DNA of 55,192 nucleotides from positions 1 through 55,192 of IMG/VR virus record IMGVR_UViG_3300009183_000115; one strand, 5' to 3'. The stretch is from a virus (Duplodnaviria; Caudoviricetes). The notes under the pieces were generated by a model. The model worked only from the letters and a program-made list of their open reading frames with translations. It ran no database searches and was not told the origin of the DNA. A program made the position numbers and the translations under genes. Positions 1 through 8,362 of this stretch are shown piece by piece. Within the stretch, counting starts at the first letter, position 1; the number at the start of each line of letters is the position of its first letter.

Positions 1-341
1 CCATATGTCTCAGAAATATTGATTAAATTGGTTAGATTAGGGGAGACTACAGTATTATTTAAGAGTGAAGATGTTGGCTGGCCTTCAAGAGTTAGGTAAT
101 TGTCCTTAATCTTTAGTTGGTATAATTCTTCAGCATATATAGAAACTGCTTCTTCAAAACAAGCGTAAATATTTAAATCGTTAAGTTCGACATCGAGTAC
201 CGGATATCCTAGCTTTCTGGCGCAGTAGTTTGCTACTTTAGGTCCGTCACTTTGATACTCTGTATCGTTGTCGTAGAATCCAAAAGGAGTGCTCCCTGAA
301 ATTGGCCCTGGACTACCGTCGTATATTGTTGGATTTGCCAT
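1..341 (-). CDS. Neck/head-completion protein, T4 gp13-like (partial, runs off window start)
   Basis: Not in ORF track; manual translation from ATG at 341: MANPTIYDGSPGPISGSTPFGFYDNDTEYQSDGPKVANYCARKLGYPVLDVELNDLNIYACFEEA...; RKLGYPVLDVEL resembles gp13 N-terminus; downstream of capsid genes. Confidence 0.7.
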   Translation of the reverse strand, partial: MANPTIYDGSPGPISGSTPFGFYDNDTEYQSDGPKVANYCARKLGYPVLDVELNDLNIYACFEEAVSIYAEELYQLKIKDNYLTLEGQPTSSLLNNTVVSPNLTNLINISETY

Positions 342-369
342 TAATTTTTAGAGGGTTGGTGTATTTTAA

Positions 370-376
370 ATAAATA
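370..376 (-). promoter_or_regulatory. TATTTAT late-promoter-like motif (representative of about 18 copies)
   Basis: ATAAATA on + strand at 370, 1247, 4434, 6396, 8348, 10330, 12424, 16828, 18770, 21243, 34162, 43335, 47010, 50519, 52568, 53350, 53821, 54112, each upstream of a minus-strand start codon. Confidence 0.7.
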
Positions 377-392
377 GCTTCTAAATGTAAAT

Positions 393-420
393 AAAAAAGC
401 CCCTTTTATAGGGGCCTCTT
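393..420 (-). terminator. Rho-independent terminator
   Basis: GCCCCT-tttat-AGGGGC stem followed by T-run on minus strand, after 441..944. Confidence 0.8.
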
Positions 421-440
421 ATTTTATATCTTAGTGATTA

Positions 441-944
441 TTAAGCTAGAGCTACGCTAAGGTATCTTGTTCCGTTGTAAATATATAAAGCCGATCCGCT
501 ATAGTAAGCAGAACCTACTACAGGTATCGGTGCTTGTTGTGAAGGAAATACGAAATTACCCTGTCCTGCATTAAAAGACAATTTACCGCTTAAGGTAATT
601 GATCCTGTCATTACATTTGATCCAGATAATAATACAAAAGCTGTCGAATCTAAACCATCTAAGAAATTTGCATTACTTGCTGATACTGCAAGGCTTGAAG
701 TTACTGCATAAGACGCAGAAGTTGCATTAGAAGAAGTAGCAGCTAAGGTTCCAGATACAATCATAGACCCTGTTACTGTAAAGCTGCCGCTTATTGCTGT
801 TCCTAAAGTCGATACAAAAAGGCCGGTAGCATTACCTACACCATCGGTTATATTATTAAGATTTGCTGACGCAGTATTGTTAGTAGTTATCTTCAGTATA
901 GATTGATAAGTAGAAGATATGAGATTTCCAGTTAAACTTGACAT
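441..944 (-). CDS. Putative virion structural protein (Ser/Thr/Gly-rich; head decoration or fibre-like)
   Basis: 167-aa ORF downstream of the capsid gene, beta-rich with many SGS/TGS motifs. Confidence 0.55.
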   Translation of the reverse strand: MSSLTGNLISSTYQSILKITTNNTASANLNNITDGVGNATGLFVSTLGTAISGSFTVTGSMIVSGTLAATSSNATSASYAVTSSLAVSASNANFLDGLDSTAFVLLSGSNVMTGSITLSGKLSFNAGQGNFVFPSQQAPIPVVGSAYYSGSALYIYNGTRYLSVALA

Positions 945-956
945 TTTTAAATTATT

Positions 957-1232
957 TTAAGAAACAGAATAATAAGATCCGGAATATAAAACAGCAATTC
1001 CGCTAGTTTGAGATACGGATGTAATATTTCCGTATACGCCGTTTCCGGCTGTAAAAGAAGCTGTAAAATTACTTCCGCTCACTCCACTTAAATTACTAAA
1101 TGAAATACCAGCTACTGTGTTTGTAATTGGAAGATACCAAAAAGCATCTGCTTTTGTATTTATTGCTCCGCTTACTATGGTTCCACCATTTAAACCAAAT
1201 TGATCTCTATCTGTCTGTACTAATTGTGGCAT
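957..1232 (-). CDS. Small putative structural protein
   Basis: 91-aa ORF right after MCP, own TATTTAT motif, SGS-rich. Confidence 0.55.
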   Translation of the reverse strand: MPQLVQTDRDQFGLNGGTIVSGAINTKADAFWYLPITNTVAGISFSNLSGVSGSNFTASFTAGNGVYGNITSVSQTSGIAVLYSGSYYSVS

Positions 1233-1262
1233 ATGAGTATTTTAATATAAATAGCTGTAAAT

Positions 1263-1294
1263 AAAAAAGCCGGCTTACGGGCCGGCTTCTTTTT
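1263..1294 (-). terminator. Rho-independent terminator after major capsid gene (possibly bidirectional)
   Basis: AAGCCGGC-ttacgg-GCCGGCTT stem flanked by A- and T-runs. Confidence 0.85.
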
Positions 1295-1316
1295 ATTCTG
1301 AAATTGTCAGTCTAGA

Positions 1317-3029
1317 CTAGCTAGCTTGAGCAACTTGTAAATCAGAAACGTACACTTTACCATAGTACTCAGGACGGATCATCTTCTTAGCGTAACGAGT
1401 CATGATACCTTTACGTGGAGTGAAGGTATTTGGATCGTAAACTAAAGGAGTCATAATCAATGGTACATAAGGAGCATAAACGGCACCACACTCTAAGAAT
1501 TGGTTACCACGGAAGCCCATTAAGATTGTGTTTTCAGTCATGTAAGGGTTTTTGTAAACCTTGTAACGACTGTTTAAAGCACCAACCTTTTGTACACCGA
1601 ATGCATACTTCATAGTATCTGCTGCACCATCAGTATCAGCTGCAAATCCAGGAATTGATTCCAAGATAGTAGCTACTGTTGGAGAACATACTAAGAAATT
1701 AGCACCACCACGTAAAGTTAATTGGTGGATTTTGTTAGATACCGCTTGTAATTTGATACCTAATGTTTGGAACCAACTCATTTGGTTGTAGTAAGCACCA
1801 GCTGTGTTAGAAACATAAGCTGTACCTGCTTGGTTGATTTGGTTACCGATTTGAGCTGACCAGTTAGCAACTGTTTGAGCGTTCTCAATTAACATATCTA
1901 AGATTTCTAAGTCAATCTCTAAAGAGATGTACTCAGATAACATTCCTGTTAATTCAGCCTCAGCATCTAAGCTATGGTAAGCATTCAAATCTTGTGCAAA
2001 TTCTGGAGTCCATTGTGCTTTCAACTTACGAGTCTTAGCAGAAATAGTCTCAGACTTCATTTGTACGTTGATCTCAGGGATAACGATTGAAGCAGAAGAA
2101 GCAGCGTTCGGGTTAGAGAATGGAGCAGGAGTGTCTGTTGGAGCATCTTCAAAATCACCACGTGTTTGGAAGTTAGTAGACTTGTTGTAGAATAAAGTTG
2201 TACCTAAACCGCCACCTACGCCAGAACCAGAAAGAGAAGTCTGTACTGTTGCTAAGCTAGAACCGCTTACAAAGAATACTAAGTTACCGCCACTGATTAC
2301 TGTGAAATCACTAATCTGTGTAGCAGGAGTAATAGAAGCATTTACGCTACCAGATAATTCAAAAGCACGAACACCGTTAGTGTCTAATACTAATGAGTTA
2401 GTAGGAACTGTAATAGCAATCATTTTGCTATCTACTATTGATTGAGAATAATCAGAGTTGAAATCAACTTGTTGGAAAGTTGCTACTGCTGCAGTTACTG
2501 AACCAGAAGCATAAGAAGCAGAAAATTGGTTAATTGAATAACCGAAACGGCCTTGACCATATAAACCACCAGAAGCTAAGTTACCGAAGCCACTGTTAGG
2601 AGTTTGGTTTAAAGTACCATATACTGATTGACCTTGTACGAAAGGTTTAGGTATATTGTTACCGTATTGGAAATCCAAGTAGAATACTAAACCTGCAGGT
2701 AAGTTCATTGGTTGAACTGAAACGAACTCTTTTGCAGCGATTTGACCGAAGATCTTACGAACTAACGGTAAAGCAACTCCAGCCCATTGTTCACCATTAC
2801 CTGGTGTGAAAGTAGCACCGTTTGTAACGTTACCACCTGTTGATGATTGTTCCATCACTAATTGCTTAGCTTGGTTTTCTAAGATAACAGCCATGTTGTT
2901 TCTATCGTAGTCTTTTAAACCCTCAAGTAAACCACTTTTAGCCCATTTCTTAGACAATTTTTGGCTAACACCTAGCTGATCGCTGTATGGGTTAGCGCTC
3001 TCTAATAGAGATTGTACTAAATTTGACAT
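1317..3029 (-). CDS. Major capsid protein, T4 gp23-like
   Basis: Motifs VSVQPMNLPAGLVF, AKTRKLKAQWTPEFAQDLNAYH, YAPYVPL, FTPRKGIMTRY characteristic of gp23. Confidence 0.95.
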   Translation of the reverse strand: MSNLVQSLLESANPYSDQLGVSQKLSKKWAKSGLLEGLKDYDRNNMAVILENQAKQLVMEQSSTGGNVTNGATFTPGNGEQWAGVALPLVRKIFGQIAAKEFVSVQPMNLPAGLVFYLDFQYGNNIPKPFVQGQSVYGTLNQTPNSGFGNLASGGLYGQGRFGYSINQFSASYASGSVTAAVATFQQVDFNSDYSQSIVDSKMIAITVPTNSLVLDTNGVRAFELSGSVNASITPATQISDFTVISGGNLVFFVSGSSLATVQTSLSGSGVGGGLGTTLFYNKSTNFQTRGDFEDAPTDTPAPFSNPNAASSASIVIPEINVQMKSETISAKTRKLKAQWTPEFAQDLNAYHSLDAEAELTGMLSEYISLEIDLEILDMLIENAQTVANWSAQIGNQINQAGTAYVSNTAGAYYNQMSWFQTLGIKLQAVSNKIHQLTLRGGANFLVCSPTVATILESIPGFAADTDGAADTMKYAFGVQKVGALNSRYKVYKNPYMTENTILMGFRGNQFLECGAVYAPYVPLIMTPLVYDPNTFTPRKGIMTRYAKKMIRPEYYGKVYVSDLQVAQAS

Positions 3030-3058
3030 TTTGTAAATGTGTTTTGTTTTAAAAATTA

Positions 3059-4342
3059 TTATTTAATTCCAGCAAGCGTCTGCCATCTTGTTACAAAGGC
3101 GTCAGCTTCTACAATTGGTCTAGCTGGAGCATTACCAATTGCTTTTGATGCAAAACCTACTGATTCTTTTAATGAAGACTTTTTAGTTTCTACACTAACT
3201 GATTCTAATAGAGTTTTGTACGTGTTTTCAACTTCTTTAACAGATGTTGCTCTGTCGAAAGCGTTGATAACTTTTGTTTTTTGTGACTCGTTAAGGTTTT
3301 TAGCTTTGAAAATTTTATTTACATAAAGCATCTTAGCATTGAAAAGATTCATTTCGTTTAACTCAGTCTTAAGAGCTTTAATAGTTCTTATAGCTTCGTT
3401 AAGGTCTTTCTTCATTTCTTCAACCTTGTAAACGTCAGCAGATTTAGGATCAACCTCACCACCAGGAATTGTTCCGGAAGCAGCACCTTCTTCTACTTTT
3501 TTGCTTTCTTCAGCTTCTAATTCAGCTAAAATCTCATCTAATGAAATCTCTGCTTCGTCATCTGCCATGTCAGTCATGTCGGTACCTAAATCAGCAGCTA
3601 AATCTGTATCAGCATCTAGAGCTCCCATTTCAGCAGCTTCGCCACCTTGTAATGTCATGAATACATCACGAATGATGTCTTTCAATTCACCTACAGTAAT
3701 GTCTACTACTTCTTGTTCGTCTGTACCCTCTTCTTCAGCTTCGTGATCATGTCCACCTTCGATACCTTTTGTTAAATCTTCGCCAGCTTTTTCAGCTTTG
3801 TCGTCAAATTTAGCATCTTTGTCATCTTCTTCAGTGTCATCATCTTCTTCAGCTTCGTGAATAGAGCTTTTTGCTTTTTCAGAATAGCTTCCGTTTGTAC
3901 TACCGTGAGTTGCTTTAGCTTTTTCGCTATAGCTTCCGTTAGTGTTACCTTTAGCAGTGTGTGCTTTCTCATCGTAGCCAGCAGTTGTTGTAGTGTGCTC
4001 ATCTAAGTCACTACCATCATCGCTACCATCTTCAGATAAAGCATCCAATTCAGCTAAGATTTCGTCTAATGTAGACTCATCCATATCTGATTCGTGCATT
4101 TTGTGGTGTTTTTCATCCCACTCAATGTCTTTTGCTACTTTACGTCCTGCTTTTTCAGCATTAACGTCTTTTTTGTGTGTAGATTCAGCTTCTTCCATGC
4201 TTTCAACAGTTTCTTGGAACATAGATTTAACCATTGGTTCAAAGTGTTCAGCAAGAGTAGTTCTAGCTGCTGCTAGGGACGTCTCACGCACTGCTTTAGC
4301 ATCTAAGATTGCCTGTCTAAACAGATCTTGATTACTTTCCAT
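3059..4342 (-). CDS. Prohead core scaffolding protein (gp22-like position)
   Basis: Highly acidic, coiled-coil-like; between protease and MCP; many L-x-E sites; C-terminal RWQTLAGIK. Confidence 0.75.
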   Translation of the reverse strand: MESNQDLFRQAILDAKAVRETSLAAARTTLAEHFEPMVKSMFQETVESMEEAESTHKKDVNAEKAGRKVAKDIEWDEKHHKMHESDMDESTLDEILAELDALSEDGSDDGSDLDEHTTTTAGYDEKAHTAKGNTNGSYSEKAKATHGSTNGSYSEKAKSSIHEAEEDDDTEEDDKDAKFDDKAEKAGEDLTKGIEGGHDHEAEEEGTDEQEVVDITVGELKDIIRDVFMTLQGGEAAEMGALDADTDLAADLGTDMTDMADDEAEISLDEILAELEAEESKKVEEGAASGTIPGGEVDPKSADVYKVEEMKKDLNEAIRTIKALKTELNEMNLFNAKMLYVNKIFKAKNLNESQKTKVINAFDRATSVKEVENTYKTLLESVSVETKKSSLKESVGFASKAIGNAPARPIVEADAFVTRWQTLAGIK

Positions 4343-4442
4343 TTGTAATGTTGTTTCGGGGATTGCCTATTAGAGTAATGGCAATATAAGTGTAATTAAG
4401 GAATAAGATACCATATTAGAATGGTATACTGTTATAAATAGC

Positions 4443-4468
4443 AAGAGCCCCTTGAGAAGGAGCTCTTT
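4443..4468 (-). terminator. Hairpin after prohead protease gene (possible terminator)
   Basis: Imperfect inverted repeat aagagccccttgagaaggagctctt, immediately followed on the minus strand by the TATTTAT motif. Confidence 0.5.
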
Positions 4469-4485
4469 AGCGGAAGTATTTGTTA

Positions 4486-5115
4486 TCACTTAATGCAACA
4501 TACACCTGATTGTGTACAGATAATGTCTGAAATAAGTCTATTAATGTCGTTTTGCTTACTGCGAGGCTCTTGTGCGTTGTAAGATTCATTTAATCCGCCT
4601 ACTGGTTTAACATATGCACCGTAAGTACTTGGGGTTGAAACGAAATCCCAGCAAATTAATTCTAAATCTTCGCCAACTTGTACAAGACCTTCACCTATTG
4701 GTGTAACAGATCCCATTGCTCTTGACGAAACTCCTACATTAATACCTGCAAGAAATAATTCTTTTAAAATATTTCCTGAAGGTGTGTCTAATACTTCGAA
4801 TTCACCGTATAGGTCTTTACCCTCCCACCACATTCTTGTAATATTATGACAAACATTCTTAAGATTTATAATAGAAGTCTCAGGATGATCTAATTCACCT
4901 AAAGCTCTCTTCTCTGCTACTGGACCTTCTACATACAGTTCTACTTGTCTTTGTAATGTATCATAGTCGTAAATACGCTTATTAGCATTAGGTTTGTCAG
5001 CAGCCTGTACCTTGCCTGATACTAGGAATTTAGATCTTGGATTCATTTTAGCCTCGTGCAATTGCTGCGGAAGCGGCTTAAACGTTAGGTATTCTATTAG
5101 AACTTCTTTATTCAT
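4486..5115 (-). CDS. Prohead core protease, T4 gp21-like
   Basis: NANKRIY, ALGELDHP, GVSSRAMGS, WDFVSTPST motifs of the gp21 protease family. Confidence 0.93.
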   Translation of the reverse strand: MNKEVLIEYLTFKPLPQQLHEAKMNPRSKFLVSGKVQAADKPNANKRIYDYDTLQRQVELYVEGPVAEKRALGELDHPETSIINLKNVCHNITRMWWEGKDLYGEFEVLDTPSGNILKELFLAGINVGVSSRAMGSVTPIGEGLVQVGEDLELICWDFVSTPSTYGAYVKPVGGLNESYNAQEPRSKQNDINRLISDIICTQSGVCCIK

Positions 5116-5116
5116 A

Positions 5117-6391
5117 CTAAGCTGTTACTTTTAATTTGCTTTTTACAGCAGGGTCTTGTCCTTTAACGAATTCTTGAGCAGCAGCTGTGTTAGCTGCTAA
5201 TTTTACTACAGCACCATCTTCGTCTGTGACTTTAGCTACCTCTCTTACAGCTTTCATTAATTTCTCTTTTAAAGATTTTAATTTAGCATCTCTCTGTTCA
5301 CCTTCTGTACCTAATTTAGCTTCTAAATCAGCTATTATCTTTTTATACTTTTCTGGTATTTGATCTGCAGATACTTTCGCGAAAGCATTTTTTAAGAATT
5401 TTAATTCTGATTGATCAATTTCTCTATCAGCTTTTATGCTATGAGGAGAATCTTGAGTAGCTTCTTTAGTAGGCTTTTGTTGATCTTCAGGCATGTTACC
5501 TTTTGGACTAGCCATCTCATCAGCAGTACCTGTTTGAGCTACTTCTTCTTTAGCGTTAGGAACATCTTTCTTAGTTAGGATATTACCTTGAACGTGATGA
5601 ATTTGACCATCGTCAGCTTTAACTGTCGCTGTATCGCCATCCCATTCTGTAATTTCACCAACTAAGCTATTATCTTTTTTTTTAACTCTTGCACCTACAT
5701 TAAAATGTTCGTGCTCAGGGTTAATCTTAGTCATTTCGTCTAAGATGTGCTCTTTAAGAGCCTTTATTGTTTCTTTTCCAGGAGTTGCAAAAGCTTTAAC
5801 ACCGGCTACTTTTTTAGGAGTTTGAGTCATTACTGTAACACCTCTTGGATTTTTGGCTTTTCTCTTTTCTTTCTTCTCTAATGTATCTTCAGTATTTGCT
5901 TTCGCATCTTTCTTGATAACTTTCATCTCATTAGGCTTATCAATTAAGTCAGTTGTTTTAACTTCTTTCATTTTTAAGTCTTGATCCATTTCTTTTACTG
6001 CTTTAAAATTAGCAAGCTGTAATTGCTTGTAAGCATCAGGATCTTTTAAAATATTAGCAACTACTTTCTTTCTAGCTTTAATATAGGTCTCATCTGTAAT
6101 CTCCGGCATTTGAGCTAACTCATATTGAATGCCATGATATACTTGATAGTAGTTAAGTTGATCAATTCCTGGTTCAGGAGGAGTTTCAGCGTTTGGATTA
6201 TGTCCGTAAACCCCTTCAGGTTTAGCAGCTTCCGATAAAATACGCTTTCCTTTTAATATCTTAACAGAATCTTCATATGAAGAAACGTTAGATACATACT
6301 GAGGGAACTCCATGCGAACATTGCGCATAAAGTTTGATTTTGACATTCTACCTTCTAAAAGGTCTGTATACTGTGCTTGTATATTTTTCAT
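5117..6391 (-). CDS. Hypothetical protein, probable prohead core/internal protein
   Basis: 424-aa charged ORF in head operon; LLE/LSE/LKE sites; SH3/KOW-like segment FNVGARVKKK...GEITEWDGDTATVK. Confidence 0.55.
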   Translation of the reverse strand: MKNIQAQYTDLLEGRMSKSNFMRNVRMEFPQYVSNVSSYEDSVKILKGKRILSEAAKPEGVYGHNPNAETPPEPGIDQLNYYQVYHGIQYELAQMPEITDETYIKARKKVVANILKDPDAYKQLQLANFKAVKEMDQDLKMKEVKTTDLIDKPNEMKVIKKDAKANTEDTLEKKEKRKAKNPRGVTVMTQTPKKVAGVKAFATPGKETIKALKEHILDEMTKINPEHEHFNVGARVKKKDNSLVGEITEWDGDTATVKADDGQIHHVQGNILTKKDVPNAKEEVAQTGTADEMASPKGNMPEDQQKPTKEATQDSPHSIKADREIDQSELKFLKNAFAKVSADQIPEKYKKIIADLEAKLGTEGEQRDAKLKSLKEKLMKAVREVAKVTDEDGAVVKLAANTAAAQEFVKGQDPAVKSKLKVTA

Positions 6392-6404
6392 ACTAATAAA
6401 TAGT

Positions 6405-6533
6405 TTATCTTCCTTGTCCGCGATATGCTTTTGGTCTTGGACTGTGTTTATTAAAACTCTTTTGTGCAGAACCTACTTTTCTTTTACCAAATGAAACTTT
6501 GTTATTGTTTCCAGCTGACTTAGTTTTTGCCAT
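6405..6533 (-). CDS. Small basic peptide (42 aa, ends AYRGQGR)
   Basis: Manual translation MAKTKSAGNNNKVSFGKRKVGSAQKSFNKHSPRPKAYRGQGR; fills the gap between neighbours; YRGQGR C-terminus recalled from small proteins of T4-like phages. Confidence 0.7.
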   Translation of the reverse strand: MAKTKSAGNNNKVSFGKRKVGSAQKSFNKHSPRPKAYRGQGR

Positions 6534-6534
6534 T

Positions 6535-7479
6535 TTACTTAAGACCTTTTACCTTTGAATAAACTTCGACAACCTGTGAATTTATTTTTTCAAAAACCTT
6601 TTTAGTATTGTGTTTATATGCTAGAGTCTCTTCGCCCTCTGAAAGTTCTCCTTTCATTTGACTAGTGAATTCTAATAATTTTGTAATTTCTGCAAGTCTA
6701 TTATGAATCATCTTAGCAGCATGGTGCAATTGCTCTGGTTTAGATCTCATTGTAGCTTCTTTCTTAAATCTAGAATAAGCTCTTGACTCAGTTAATGGAT
6801 CTTCATCCCATAAATCCTCTACTTCGACTCCTTTAATATGTTTACCAGCTTCTGTAGCAGAAGGCGCTTTTGTAAATCCGACACTTGAATAAGCAGAAAG
6901 ATTTTTAGCTCCATGACTGTTTGTCTTTGCAGGAGATCCAGCAAGACGAGGTGCATCTTCGCCTAAGTTTCCAACTCTTGTAGCTGTATACTTATCTGAA
7001 GGAGCAAGAACAACTGTAGTTCCATCTGGTTTTTCAAATACTCTATCGTTTGGATGAACTAGTTTTACATTTTTAAGTTGGTATCTTTGTATACTTCCGT
7101 CTCCTCTTTCTGATCTAACATCTAGATCGAAATGCTGACCTACTGTACTTTCGTCTTCTCCTAATGTCTTTCTTACTTTTTTAGTGCCTGCAGCATATTG
7201 TTCGCCTGCACCGTTACTCCAACTAGCACCATTTGTAACACCGCCACCTGTAGTAGAACCGCCACCAGCAGGAGCTGCTGCTGCACCTCCGTCTTCGGTC
7301 AAACCTAAAGTTTGCTTCATTATCTCGATAGCTCTCTCAGGTTTAATTAATCCTTTTTCGATTAAAGCGAGAGTGAATTGAATAAGCTCCTCATCAGCAC
7401 CTAAGCTAGTCATAGAGTTTTTCAACCAATCTTGATCTACTTCTTCTCTTAAAAATTGTGTGGCAAACTGATTATTCAT
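6535..7479 (-). CDS. Hypothetical head-region protein
   Basis: 314-aa ORF, segments delimited by LRE/LTE/LGE sites. Confidence 0.6.
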   Translation of the reverse strand: MNNQFATQFLREEVDQDWLKNSMTSLGADEELIQFTLALIEKGLIKPERAIEIMKQTLGLTEDGGAAAAPAGGGSTTGGGVTNGASWSNGAGEQYAAGTKKVRKTLGEDESTVGQHFDLDVRSERGDGSIQRYQLKNVKLVHPNDRVFEKPDGTTVVLAPSDKYTATRVGNLGEDAPRLAGSPAKTNSHGAKNLSAYSSVGFTKAPSATEAGKHIKGVEVEDLWDEDPLTESRAYSRFKKEATMRSKPEQLHHAAKMIHNRLAEITKLLEFTSQMKGELSEGEETLAYKHNTKKVFEKINSQVVEVYSKVKGLK

Positions 7480-8330
7480 TAGTTGATAGCTTTAAGCTCG
7501 CTGATTAATTGATAGTATTGCATTAGACCAATAAGTACTTCGTCTTTAATAGCTTCGTTAGGACTCATAGGTTTAATGAAATTTAAAACTTCATTCAATT
7601 TAATTTGAAGAACTTTATCTTTTGTAGTAGCTTTTAAGCTTGTAATTTCAGTCTTAACCTCTAATAACTTAGTATTTAGGTAGGTTCTTAACTTAGTAGT
7701 ATCTGAAATATTGTTAATATATTCTTTTAGTAAATCTCTTTGCTCATTAGATAAACCTGCATATCTGTCGTTAAATTTCTCAACAAGAATCTTATAAGCA
7801 AGTATTCTAATCTCTTTATCCTCTTTCATAAACTCCTCTACCACCTTAGAAGCTACCTTTCTTTCAGTTAAAGATTCTTTAGTGATATGCTCAAGAAGAC
7901 TTAACTTATTGGTAATGATTTGTTTAGTATCATGTACTTCTGTAGAGATTTGATTCTCAATAAGTGTGTAGATTGACGCGTAGATTTTGTAAGTCTCGAT
8001 CTTTGCTTTAAAAAAGTTATCAAGATCATAAGACTTCTTAATTTCTTTGATTAAGTTGTACTTTTCTTTATCAAGTTTAACTCTATCAAGCTTTTTTGCT
8101 TGTTCTACAATGGTGGTTACTAAGATTTCAGCCTTGGTTTCACTAAGTTTTGGTGAGTTCAACACACTACTATAGAGGTTGTACTCTTTTCCTAACTCTG
8201 TGTCTGTAAAGTATTTCTTAAATACCTTTACGGCTTTAGGGTCTTTATTAGACATCAAGTCAGACGTTGCTTGTCTGACTAAAAGTTCGAATAAAACACC
8301 CGTATTTTTGTATTTGCTATGTTTGATCAT
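7479..8330 (-). CDS. Hypothetical head-assembly protein (HSKYKNTG N-terminus)
   Basis: 283-aa helical ORF directly after portal, own TATTTAT motif. Confidence 0.65.
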   Translation of the reverse strand: MIKHSKYKNTGVLFELLVRQATSDLMSNKDPKAVKVFKKYFTDTELGKEYNLYSSVLNSPKLSETKAEILVTTIVEQAKKLDRVKLDKEKYNLIKEIKKSYDLDNFFKAKIETYKIYASIYTLIENQISTEVHDTKQIITNKLSLLEHITKESLTERKVASKVVEEFMKEDKEIRILAYKILVEKFNDRYAGLSNEQRDLLKEYINNISDTTKLRTYLNTKLLEVKTEITSLKATTKDKVLQIKLNEVLNFIKPMSPNEAIKDEVLIGLMQYYQLISELKAIN

Positions 8331-8362
8331 TACTATTTAGCTTACTAATAAATATCAACGTA

